This document shows positions 1-11,278 of a stretch of 64,000 bases of DNA, piece after piece (positions within the stretch are counted from its first letter, which is position 1; every line of letters starts with the position of its first letter). The translations under genes were made by a program, and so were the position numbers. Below the pieces are notes generated by a model, which did not search any database, had not been told where the DNA came from, and saw only the letters and a list, made by a program, of their open reading frames with translations. The stretch comes from Epiperipatus broadwayi (Eukaryota; Animalia; Onychophora): contig JAQFVV010000004.1 in NCBI GenBank assembly GCA_028023455.1, forward strand, positions 7,502,001 to 7,566,000. Reading direction: 5' to 3'.

Positions 1-39
1 CAGTGTAAATGATCCCAAAGATATCAAATTTAGTACTTT

Positions 40-185
40 GGCAGAATAGGCTAGTTAGAGTCTTACCATAAATTCAGAAATGATGAATCTAAAACTCCTA
101 TTGTCAATTACCATATCTATACTATCACTAGTCAGACTAGTGACATCTGAACAAAAGAGAACGGTACTACTTAAAACACTGAGTT
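40..185 (+). mobile_element. Decayed copy of tRNA-headed/HHR element (family C)
   Basis: GGCAGAATAGGCTAGTTAGAG head and TACTATCACTAGTCAGACTAGTGACATCTGAACAAAAGAGAAC...CTTAAAACACTG align by eye with the copies at 33170-33475 and 61865-62140. Confidence 0.6.
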
Positions 186-193
186 ATATATAT

Positions 194-750
194 ATGTCAT
201 ATTATTATTACTATTTGCGGGATATTCCGTGTAGTAAAAAAGCTAAATGCTGATGTTTCAGTACAATATCAAGTACCTTCATCAGAGCGTCCTCTTTCTC
301 AAATCATAATGCACGTGAGATTTAAAACCATTTTTATCGTTTTCTTTCTCCTCATATTTAAATTCTATTGGTTGAGAAGTTTTAAAATTTATTTTCTCTT
401 CCAATAGCTTCTTTCAAATGTTGTTAATATTCTTTAATTCACACCTTTCATTTATGCTCTTGGGCCTTTTAAAGAAGTTAACAACATTTGGAAGAAGCTA
501 TTGGAAGAGAAAATAAATTTTAAAACTTCTCAACTAATAGAATTTAAATATGAGGAGAAAGAAAATGATAAAAACGGTTTTAAATCTCACATGCATTTTT
601 ATGATTTGAGAAAGAGGATGCTCTGAGGAAGGTACTTGATATTGTACTGAAACATCAGCATTTAGCTTTTTCACTACACGGAATATCCCACAAATAGTAA
701 TAATAATATGACATCTTTTATCTGTGAAAATATTAGAATTAACATATATA
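194..750. mobile_element. Fold-back 3' end of a Penelope-like element (family A) with a hammerhead motif in each arm
   Basis: About 235-bp inverted arms (194-427 / 478-714). The minus strand reads FFKRPKSINERCELKNINNI(W)KKLL...HYDLRKRTL*, resembling a PLE GIY-YIG C-terminus. HHR-like motifs at 247-290 (-) and 618-661 (+). Confidence 0.8.
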
Positions 751-1249
751 TATAATCCAAGGTATTTAAAAAATTGAAATAAAGTTTGCATTTTTCCAAA
801 GATTATTTATTAATTAATTTTAGATAATGACAGGAGTTCATCATATAATGACAAGTAAAATAACACTCATCATAAATTTTCAGATGAATATATCATTAAT
901 TTTTAATATTTATGCCATAGGTTGCACTAATTATCTAGAATTTAAAGTCTATTTTTGAAGTATTTCCCAACATGTGGTTTTTTTTATGAAAATATTTTCT
1001 TCTATTTAAAAACAGCACCAAGACACAAGTTGCTGTAGACATTCTAAATAAATTTTAAATAGAAGCAGTCTCAAAATTTACCTCACTTTATTATTTTTGC
1101 TTACAAATTATTAGTATAAGAATTATACTTTTTTTCTAATCAGATCTAATATTCTTTTAGAATTATGTCAATATAGATAAAATCACATTATAAACTGAAT
1201 GGACTTATGATAAAAAGTTTTTCCTAAATTAAATCTTTTTGCTTTATAT

Positions 1250-3165
1250 ATTTATATTATTCACTATCAATTGCACAAATTCTGAAGTTGATATGGACTA
1301 AAAAGATCAAACTACTGGAGAAGTTATATCTGCAAATAATAATGTTGCTATTACATTTCTCTAAAAAAGTTATTGAAGAAAAAGGATAGTATCCAGAATA
1401 AGTGTTTAATTTCAATATTAAAGCTTTTAATAGAAATTTTCATTTTATTATATTTTCTAAATACATTGACTTATTGGGTTTTGAATACATGTATTACCAA
1501 AGAAAATTCAATATTGAACTAAGAAAACCAGTATTTCAGTATTGATTATATTTTGAATAAAGAAATAGAGACATTGGATAATGGAATCTATATACTGCAT
1601 TTGGGTGTCACAATAGGAGTCACTGCCTTTATTGATGACATTATAATAATAGTAGAAAATAGTTATAATATTAATGTAGTGATGAATGTCCTAAAAAAGT
1701 TTCAAGAAATTACAGGTTCAGTAGTTCAATCTAACAAATTAGCAGCATGGCAATTGGCAATGAATAAAAGAGTGCAATCTGAATTTATATATATATATAT
1801 ATATATATATGTCAATGACACATATAAATAGTTACTTAAATCAACTAATTACAAAAATCAAAGAGAGGATTAATAACTTCACATCGTTCAAGCTGTATGA
1901 AGTGACAAGAACCAAATTGTTCAATGCAATTGCAACAAGAGTCCTTAGTTATTACAGTCCATGGATCAAACTATATAACAAAACAATTAGTAGAATAAAC
2001 CAGATGGCTAAAAAATTCATCTGAGGAAAGAAATCTAGATTACTATCAATGGCAATATTACAGTTATCCATTAATAAGGGAGGGCTTAACTTAATTGATC
2101 CAAAGGTATATGTAGATTTTATTACTGCAAGAACATATTTAAACATTATTAAGAACCAATACTTCAGTCCGCCAATAGGGGATATAAAAATATATAGTGA
2201 AATAGGGTTGGGGAGAAGATCTTATTTGGCAGATATGTTCATTGCATATATGGACATACAAGATGACCTAAATGTGCAAAATTTGGAAGGAATTAGATAT
2301 AAAGACATAAGAAGGGGAGTAAAATCTCATGAAAATTTATAAATAAATTGTTCAATGAAAGGGGTCCTAGTTAAATTCCATTCAATTTCTATGCCACAGA
2401 CATATATGAAATTCATATTCAAGTTGATCAATGGAATTTTACCAACCACAACTTACATTAATAAAAAATTGGGAATGAGCTTAGAGGAAACTTGTTCATT
2501 TTGTAAAAAATAAATGTGAAACATTTAAATACTTACTAGAAAAATGCAGTGCTTTTGGGAGGCTAAGATACAGAGTTTTTCACACCCCAATGATAAATCT
2601 TAAAATACTTCTGAAGCAAATTGTAATAAAATTCAAACTTCATAATGCAATGGTGATAATACATGCATTGAAAATTATATGGACAATCCAGGGTTCTTTA
2701 ATCTTTGATAATAAAAAGTTTAATTGGTTGAAGAAACTTGACAATGATTGGGACAACTATTTTGCTAGGTGTTTGAAATACTGCCTGAAGAAGGTTATGG
2801 AAATAGTATGGGAAGGGACTGCTATGACTGTTTGTGAAATGTGGGAGTAAAAGTACACACACAAAGAGAAATATGACAGTAAAAGTATGTAGAGTGGTAA
2901 AATAAAGAATCTCTCAAGAGAGAAGAAAGGTTTCATGTTTTAAACTAGGAATACGATTTGTAAGACCCAACTCTAGGATTTAACAAGAAAACGATATTAA
3001 CATTTCAACAATGAGAGTCTTATAGATTTGCATTGTGGTGCTTTGGGAACAGGATTGGTAAATTTGGTGTAAATGATAAAGTGAATCAAAACTAATTTGT
3101 AGATATTTCCTGTACATATTTAAATGTTTGTTTAATAAAGTTTATTACTTAAAATAAAAAAAATA
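1250..3165 (+). mobile_element. Decayed non-LTR retrotransposon, L1/Tx1-like (RT, C-terminal zinc-binding region, A-rich tail)
   Basis: Fragments KAFNR, TAFIDDIII (YADD-like), KIKERINNF...RTKLFNAI, KGGLNLID and KFIFKLINGILPT...CSFC. Many stops and frameshifts. AATAAA and an A-rich end near 3135-3165. Confidence 0.8.
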
Positions 3166-3840
3166 TTTTTAATCAGGTATAACATTTCAATAATTTTATA
3201 AATTATTAACAAAATTCTTGGAATTTTACATCAGATTCAAAACATTTTAAAAAACTCCTACCAGAGTAATTTAGTTTTATAAATAGTTTTATTATTCTGT
3301 TTATTTTCTTTTATTTTTTGTTTTGTTAAATTTCTTTTAATTTATGTCTTGTCAATTTTTTGAAAAATGAATTAAAGAATGTTTTGCTTTTTATTTATGT
3401 TTTTTTATTTTGTTTATGATTTTAAACTTTGTTAAAGTGAATACAATAAAACTTCTTTTAATTATGAAAATGCCGGCATTTCTGGTTTCGGTATTGATAT
3501 CAGCACTGAAATACCAGTTTTAGAGAAACTCTTCAGTACTGTACACCCTATCCATTTAGTATATTTACAGATTGTATCAATAAAACAAATTTGTTTTACT
3601 TGAAATAGCTTCAAAAGCATTTGCTATTATTGAATATCTCTTATGCTTGCCAACAATATTCAAGTAACTTGGCTTGAAATTAGTTAAATCCAAATGTTTT
3701 ACCACTTATATACAAAACTAATCTTTATGTTCATTTTCAATAACTCACATTTCAGAATTTTGCCAACATTTAGCATACTATCAACAAAGATCTTCTATTC
3801 TAGTGAACTTCTCTTTGTATTCATCTCTTACTTCATGCTG

Positions 3841-4650
3841 TTTTATAAACAACAATCTAAATATTTTGCAAATGTCTCATTTTTATCACATGAAAAGATA
3901 AGTTCTATAGCTAACAATGAAAAACTATATTATCTATCATTACAACTACTAATGCTTCCCACAAAATTTGTGTTCAAGTTTCTCTAAACTTGAAATTTTT
4001 TTTAATGTTCTTCTCTACTACAGTATTTTTATATGTTTTTTTAAAATTCTGATTCTAATTCAAACTAGGAATTATATATCAATTATGTAGTAAAAAAAGG
4101 ACATTATTTGTTTCAAATCTGAAAATATTTCGGCAGTATTAAAGCAACATGTTTTTCACAAATTTAATGTATGCCTTGAATAGTATTTGAACAAAATAAT
4201 TACGCTATTGCACCATAGTGGAATGCTATGGTGTTTTCTATTCATTAAAAATTATTTGATTTATTTAATGTACTTTTGTATACCCCCCCCCCTTTTATTA
4301 ACTCAATATATGTAGCACCACAATATATTGCAGTTTTATAAATAACAATCTAAATATTTGGCTAATGTCTCATTTTTATCTCCTGAAAAGATAAATTCTA
4401 CAGCTAACAATAAAAAACTGTGTTATCTATCATTACAGGTATTAATGCTTTCCACAAAATTTATGTTCAAGTTTGTAATTATAAATTTATTAAACGCACA
4501 TTGATTATGTAAGTAATATTTACCGAGCTGTAACCTCGAGAATATGCGTGTAAAATGCGATAGTAGGGACCTCTACAGGTGTTTAACCACAAGCTTACGC
4601 TATGGAAGAAAAGAGGATTCCTCTCTATTATAGTATTTTTATATGTTTTT
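3841..4650 (+). repeat. Diverged direct duplication (~200 bp, copies start at 3841 and 4334)
   Basis: TTTTATAAA(C/T)AACAATCTAAATATTT...TGTTCAAGTTT...CTCT..TA.AGTATTTTTATATGTTTTTT occurs twice. The second copy is interrupted by a family-I element. Confidence 0.75.
4475..4616 (-). mobile_element. Family-I short retroposon copy (no inversion)
   Basis: GTAATTATAAATTTATTAAACGCACATTG...GGGACCTCTACAGGTG...GGAAGAAAAGAGG is shared with five other copies in the window. Confidence 0.8.
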
Positions 4651-4954
4651 TTTTCATTCTGAAATTAATGATCAAAACTGCAATTTTCAATATATATATG
4701 ACATATGTTGAATTTATTAAAATCTATTCATTGCAAACACTATATAACTCATGATTTCCAATTTCTTTATATTAAAAATCTTAATACTAAAAGTTCAAGA
4801 ACTAAACAGCAATTGATAATAAACCACTAGATAAGATGTGTAGTTTTAGTAAAGTTTTTAATTTTGTCAGATGGATTCCATTTGGGATATATTAGATTTA
4901 TTATCATAAAGACAATTAATACAAACTCTTAATACTAATTGAATAATTGTATTA

Positions 4955-5179
4955 GAACTCTTAAAAGTGGTTTTAACACAATAGATTTCATCCAATTATT
5001 GAGAGAAGTTTTAGAAAGACTCAGTGAATATGACTTGCCATTATGTTTTGGATTTGTGAACATTGAAAAGGCATTTGATGTATAAGCATTTATGTGGTGA
5101 TTATAGCTTTGGATTATCAAAATATAGACACAGGATATTGTCAAATTCCAAAAAATAATCATCAAAAGATAATAGCAGT
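4955..5179 (+). mobile_element. RTE-like LINE reverse-transcriptase fragment
   Basis: Reads SGFNTIDFIQLLREVLERLSEYDLPLCFGFVNIEKAFDV*, matching the RTE-type GFxTxDHI...DxEKAFD segment. Confidence 0.75.
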
Positions 5180-5279
5180 GTCAAGCATTGGTGGCCTAGT
5201 GGTTAGCAGAGCTGCCTTCCAAGCAGCTGGCCCGGGTTCGCTTCCCGGTCACGCATTTGATATATGAAAGAAAAAAAAT
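5180..5279 (+). mobile_element. tRNA-Gly(TCC)-derived SINE copy (near full tRNA body 5185-5255)
   Basis: GCATTGGTGGCCTAGTGGTTAGCAGAGCTGCCTTCCAAGCAGCTGGCCCGGGTTCGCTTCCCGGTCACGCA closely resembles animal tRNA-Gly-TCC, but the acceptor stem is broken and the T-loop is TTCGCTT. It carries the family tail TTTGATATATGAAAGAAAAAAA. Confidence 0.8.
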
Positions 5280-6207
5280 GCTATTTTACCTTCTTTTTTT
5301 TCATATGTCAAAGCATCGACGCCTGACTATTTTATCTTTAAATGTATCTAACACGATAATAATAATAATGACGTTTTATTTTATATTTTACTTTCAATTG
5401 TTACTCTTTATATAATAATAAATAGGCTAAAAATAAACTTTACATTTGCAACTCGTTAAATGTATATTTAAAAGTATATTATTTGTTTGGATAATATCAC
5501 TCATTATAATGTGATTTTTGACATCCTTATAAAAAGTATTTTTAAGTGGATAAATAAACATTAAGATCTGATAAGGAATGATATGTAATTTTGATAAAAA
5601 TATTATCTTACTGCCTGATTAACTTCACTAAGCAAAAGTTTGTAAAGACAAAAATATTGTCAGTATTAAAACACAAATAAAAATAATATTTAATTGAAAT
5701 TAAAAAGAAAAGGTTACATAAATTTATTATTAATATAAAAAATATATAATCACAACTATACACACACGCATATATATATATATGAAAGCAACATTAGAAT
5801 TCATTAAATTAGAATATAGTTTTTAATGATTATTTGAAAGAATTACAATTAAAGTAAGAAATATAATAGAATATAAAAAAAAAAGATTTAAAAGATACAA
5901 AATGAACTTGAAAAACATGTAAGAGTACAGAATGTAACTTGAAGAAAGAAGTAAATGCAAAAGCAGGTAGCATTTAATGATATTTTAAGAGGAATTATAT
6001 CAAATCAATCTACTGTTATCAAAAGCAATGATTTAAGATCGAGATAAAACATTAAAACTGTTAGGAAGAAAGTTTTAAAAAATAGTTTGATTTATAAACA
6101 AAATAATAAGACAGAAATGCTTTCTTAATTGGGCTTTTAATAAGAATAAAAAGTTTTTCTGTAAGTAGTTGAAGTTGGAATAAAGAAAAATCATGTTAAA
6201 TGTTTTG

Positions 6208-6734
6208 ACAGGCAAAACTCTCCATACAGTAGTGCCACTAAGTGCAAGCCAGAGTAATCAATGGATTCAAGAAGGTTTAGTGCATAAAATCCCTATCTAG
6301 TACATATTCATCCAATATCCCCAGACTAGTTTCTAGCTTGTGGATTTCAGCAGTGAGGATCCTTAGATCTGAGAGCACTGCATCTAGATCTTAGGATCTA
6401 ATGTAATCCTCCAGCAGCCACCTTTTATCTCTACTTAACTACAAAACTATGAGTCTAAAATTGAAAACAATATTTTTAATCTAAGCTCATTTTCACATAG
6501 ATCTAGGTGCAGTGCTCTCAGATCCAAGGCTCTTCACTGATGAAAGCCACAAGATAAAAACTAGTATGGGGATATTGGATGAGTAGGCATAAGATAGGGA
6601 TTTTATGCACTAAACCTTCTTGCATCCATTGATTACTCTGGCTTGCACTAAGTGGTGCTATTTTATGGAAAGGTTTGCCTGTTTTAACATCCTGAGCAAG
6701 CATAAAAAATGGTGATCATGTGATGTTTAGTGGA
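6208..6734. mobile_element. Fold-back insertion of HHR-bearing family B (PLE pseudo-LTR-like)
   Basis: Inverted arms ~6208-6400 / 6497-6690. Defective HHRs at 6318-6359 (-, CTGCTGA) and ~6531-6572 (+, GAAA changed to AAAA). 12-bp TSD TTAAATGTTTTG at 6196-6207 and 6735-6746. Confidence 0.85.
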
Positions 6735-7517
6735 TTAAATGTTTTGTTTAAGGTTTAGCTAGAATGATTTGTATTAGAACATGACACAAAAAGGTTTGAA
6801 GCATTTTAGTTTTAAATTTAGAGAAGAATGAAAAATATAAGAAGAAAGGATAGGATTTGCAGAAAAAGAAATGCTCGGAAAAAAAAACCCAAATTATTTT
6901 ATTAAACAAATTATAAATAGAAATTGAATTAAGCATATACTTAAAATCAAAAGACTATGAAGAATATTGTAGAAATTGATTGATAGTCTAAAAGAAAGAC
7001 TAATAATGAGAATTTCAAGATTAACAAACGACAGACTTGAAGAGATGTTATTGGGTTGATTTATACGAACGACTGCCTTTTCCAACAGACATTAATGATG
7101 AAGTATATAAGTCATATATATATATAGCAGATATGCTAAAAATATAGTGCAAAATAATTAAAAATATTAATATTTTAAATTTAATTTAACATCAAAAATA
7201 TTTTATTTAAACAAAAACTTGTATTTTGTGAGTTTAATATTTACCTTTAATTAATGTTTAATATTAGTATAAATAATTACACTTAAATTAAGCAACAACT
7301 ACATTTAAATAACTTAGTAATAAAACATTAATAAAATTAAACGCCGCCAATTTTTTCTCTCTTCTGTCAGTACAAATAATATAACTAAAAATAATAAATA
7401 ATGATAGAAAAAGTTTAAAAATAAATAAAACGTTTTAACTTCTCCCATATCATTAACGATAATAATGAATATATATATAAGACAAAGAATATTATACTAA
7501 AATTATAGTACACTTAC

Positions 7518-7523
7518 CTCCAT
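7518..7523 (-). CDS. Candidate initiator (Met-Glu) at the end of a 5' exon of a minus-strand host gene
   Basis: Minus strand CATAAACA-ATG-GAG|GTAAGTG: consensus donor, good start context, in-frame stop just upstream, lying in a CpG-retaining zone. Confidence 0.35.
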
Positions 7524-8204
7524 TGTTTATGATTTGAATCCAGACCAGGTAAAACATAAAACATTTTTGGTACTAATCAAAATTAAATAAACAGCACAAA
7601 GATTAATGATGAGATTTTAATTAGCAATATATTGTTTATACAAAACATCATATTGGTAGACAGACGAAGCAAACAATTTCACATGAATATAATTGGTTAA
7701 AATAATTGAATAAAACTGTCAGTATTAAAAATTTTAAGATTTTGCATTTCAGAGAAGTCATCTGTTAAAATAATTTTAGTCAATTGATTTGATATCGTTT
7801 TTTCTTTTTATTGATAGGTATATATTTAAATTCTCACCATAAACATCAAGTTTGGCTGCATTTTTGCCTTTAAAAAATTGTAAGGATGACATATTTATAT
7901 AAATACCGAAAAAATGTGAGATTAATCTATTAAGATTGAAGAATAAAAGAAGTTTAAATTCTAATATAGTTAATCATTGGCTTCACAAGTTTAACAATGA
8001 AAAAAACTTGTAAAGTCTAGCTGTGATATCAGCTTCTCAATATAACATTTTAATTAATTTAATTGCAAAAGTTAATTTAAGATACTATTATGCTTCTGGT
8101 ATCAACTATGTGAGTCGGTATTTGATGACAAAAATATTATTGACAGATAAAATCACTATATATGGATTTCTATATACATGTGCTTCATTCATCTAATGAC
8201 ATAT

Positions 8205-8450
8205 TAATAAACCAATAAACATCACATGATCACCATTCTTATGCTTGTTTATAACTGTTATTAAAACAGGCAAAACTCTCTATACATATTGCCACTCAGT
8301 ACAAGCCAGAGTAATCAATGAATGCCAGAAAGCTTGCACCCACTCTGCCTTGCACTGAATGGCAATATGTATAGAGAGTTTTGCCTGTTTTAATAACAGT
8401 TGTAATATAGTAAGCATAAGAAATGGTGATTATGTGATGTTTATTGGCTT
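8205..8450. mobile_element. Hairpin of family-B 3' tails
   Basis: Arms AAACATCACATGATCACC...ACAGGCAAAACTCTCTATACATATTGCCA and the reverse complement at ~8355-8450. Confidence 0.8.
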
Positions 8451-8529
8451 AAAACCAATCCTGCCTAATAGAATAGTGTTAAACCAGCAAGCATCACATG
8501 ATCACATCTCCAATACTAGCACATAATTG

Positions 8530-9378
8530 TTTATGAGTAGGCATTGGATAGGGATTTTATGCACAAGCCTTCTGGCATCCATTGATTACTCTGTTTAGCA
8601 CAGGTGGCACTACTATATGGACTTTTGCTTTTCTTTGTTTAATAGGATAGTGGTGACTATGGTTATTAAAAAAACCAAAGTCACCAAAATGGATAGGTAC
8701 TGAACTGAGTTCAGACCTATATGACTATATAACCTAATGAGCTTGAATTGAAAATATTATAATGTTTGTAGTTAAGTAGAGAGAAAAGGTGGCTGATGGA
8801 GTGTTGCATTAAATCGTAAAATCTAGGTGCAGTGCTCTCAGATCCAAGTCTCCTCACTGACGAAAGTCCATAAGCCAGAAACTAGTCTGGGGATATTAGA
8901 TAAGTAGGCACTAGATGGGGACTTTATGCACAAGCCTTCTGGCATCCATTGATTACTCTGTTTAGCACAGGTGGCACTACTATATGGACTTTTGCTTTGC
9001 TTTGTTTAATAGGATAGTGGTGACTATGGTTATTAAAAAAACCCAAGTCACCAAAATGGATAGGTACTGAACTGAGTTCAGACCTATATGACTGTATAAC
9101 CTAATGAGCTTGAATTGAAAATATTATAATGTTTGTAGTTAAGTAGAGAGAAAAGGTGGCTGATGGAGTGTTGCATTAAATCGTAAAATCTAGGTGCAGT
9201 GCTCTCAGATCCAAGTCTCCTCACTGACGAAAGTCCATAAGCCAGAAACTAGTCTGGGGATATTAGATAAGTAGGCACTAGATGGGGACTTTATGCACAA
9301 GCCTTCTGGCATCCATTGATTACTGTGGCTTGCACTGAGTGGCAATATGTATAATAAAGAGTTTTGCCTGTTTTAAGG
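8530..9378 (+). repeat. Head-to-tail 367-bp repeat (~2.3 units) of family B, each full unit with a type-I hammerhead
   Basis: GCACAAGCCTTCTGG recurs at 8561, 8928 and 9295. The units differ at only a few positions. Confidence 0.9.
8851..8893 (+). ncRNA. Minimal type-I hammerhead ribozyme motif (family B); second copy at 9218-9260
   Basis: TCCTCA-CTGACGA-aagtccataagcca-GAAA-CTA-GTC/TGGGGA. Stem I TCCTCA pairs with TGGGGA (TGAGGA in the 32307 copy), stem III is the palindrome ACTAGT, and the site is GUC. Stem II is poorly paired. Confidence 0.75.
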
Positions 9379-9959
9379 GCATATTGATAAGTTGAAGATT
9401 TTGAAGATTTCACAAGATATATTACAACTGGTTTTGTTAGTTTGAAGAGATAAAGAAAATGATAGCAATAGATTGATTCTGGTGAAGATCATATTAAATA
9501 TATATATATATATTCATATCACTAACATAAAATGGATGCAATTATAGCTGAAACTGATAAAGAATAATGTAATTAGAGTTTAAATCTCATGAAATTTATG
9601 CATGAAATTTAGAATATCTTTCATTTTGATAAAAAATTAAATATCAATAACATTCTAGAGTAAAAGACAAATAAGATTACTATTGAATTTATTGCTTAAT
9701 TTTATTAATTTTGTATTTCTAATGTTAATCACACAGCAGCATCTCACAATAAATGACTTTTTTTTTTGAAGAGATAGCTATTATGACCACCAATTATCAA
9801 ACAAGACAGATTTGTGTCTCTACAAAAATATAAATATTATCAGAGAACCATTTGCTTCCCTTCATTTTATAAACAATACACTAAAAAGTAATTTTTTTAT
9901 GCACTGTGTTTTTACTTATTATACATTTGGTAACTAATATGATATTTTATTGCATATTT

Positions 9960-10400
9960 ATCAGATTGTTTGATAGCTATTTATTCACACATTAAATTAT
10001 CAAACCATGACATCAATTTTAATAAAACACATATCCTGCTAAAAATTGAACAATATAACCAGAGACTACATTAGAGATTTTTAGAAGCCCTAAAAGCATA
10101 AATGAAAAGTGTGAATTAAAAAAAAATTAACATATTTAGAAAAAGCTATTGGAGGATAAAATATTTTTTAAAATTTCTCAACCAATAGAATTTAATAATG
10201 AGGAGAAAATAACAAAAGAAAAAATAATGATTTTAGATCTCACCACACACATTCTTATGATTTGAGAAAGAAGCTCTGAGGAAAGTACTTCTTATTGTAT
10301 TAAAACAGCAGCTATTTAACTATTATATTTTTATTACATGGAAATAATGCTATGAATTCATTTATTCATAAGAATATTAGAATTAATATATATATTCCAT
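9960..10400 (+). mobile_element. PLE family-A remnant (GIY-YIG C-terminus, decayed HHR, tail)
   Basis: SHIKLSNHDINFNKTHILLKIEQYNQRLHL followed by sequence homologous to 194-750. Confidence 0.7.
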
Positions 10401-11278
10401 AACAGACATAAAATTGATATTGATGCAAGTTAACATTCAAATGGATAGTCTTGTAGACTTGGCTCAAAGGTGCTTTTCTATGTTTTGTTTGTTAAAAAAC
10501 AACTCTTCTGATTTGTCAGATCACAGTCGACAAGTTCATCTATTAACACTAAGACAATAATTTTTCTCTACAGTTAACCTTAGAGAAACATTTAATTCTT
10601 CTTCAATAAGTTTGCAATAACTTTGAAGCCATATTTCTCCATCATTTAATTTGCAGTTCATAAAAATAATTCTCCCCTGAGCCAAAGGTCTATGTATAAA
10701 AGGTTCTTCAACAGATATAATTATCATATTGAGAGCTCAAACTAAGACTGTTTTCTTTCAGTTCCCAATAGAACTGTTTAGCAAATGAAATCCAACAGGA
10801 GACATGAAATTGGTGGAAGATAACAAACAAATGGATAATCTTGTAGTATTGACTCAAGGGTATTTGTCTAGATTTTGCATTGTTAAAAACAGACTCTCTC
10901 TTTATTGTTTATGTTACAATGGACAAATTCATCTATTAATACTAAGATTATATCTCTTCTCTATAAGTCTTCTCTACAGGTATCCTTAGAGAAACATTTA
11001 ATTCTTCTTCATTAAGTTTGGAATGACTTTGAAGCCATTTTCTACATCATTTGTTTTCCAGTTTATATAAATAATAGTCCACTGAGCCAGAGGCCTACGT
11101 ATAAGAGGTTCTTCAACAGATATAATTGTTAAGTCATATTGTCTTAGTGTTAATAAATGAACTAATCAAGAGAGGAGTTATATCTTTTAACAATACAAAA
11201 CCTAAAAAAGTCCCCTTGAGCCAACAGTACAGACTATCCATTTGATTGTTAACTTGCAACAACTTCATGTCTGTTATT
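10397..11278. repeat. Family J: ~390-405-bp tandem units plus a terminal inverted copy (PLE-like geometry)
   Basis: AAATGGATA recurs at 10439 and 10829; TTCTTCAACAGATATAATT recurs at 10704 and 11109; 11130-11278 is the reverse complement of ~10397-10560. Confidence 0.75.

Noticed and set aside
3460-3550. MITE end (TAGGGTG... on the minus strand)
   Set aside because: No matching opposite TIR or TSD was found.
5185-5255. Functional tRNA-Gly(TCC) gene
   Set aside because: The acceptor stem has a deletion and mismatches, T-loop A58 is C as in the other SINE copies, and the SINE tail follows.
8530-9378. CRISPR array
   Set aside because: The context is eukaryotic, the units are long and near-identical with no unique spacers, and there are no cas genes.
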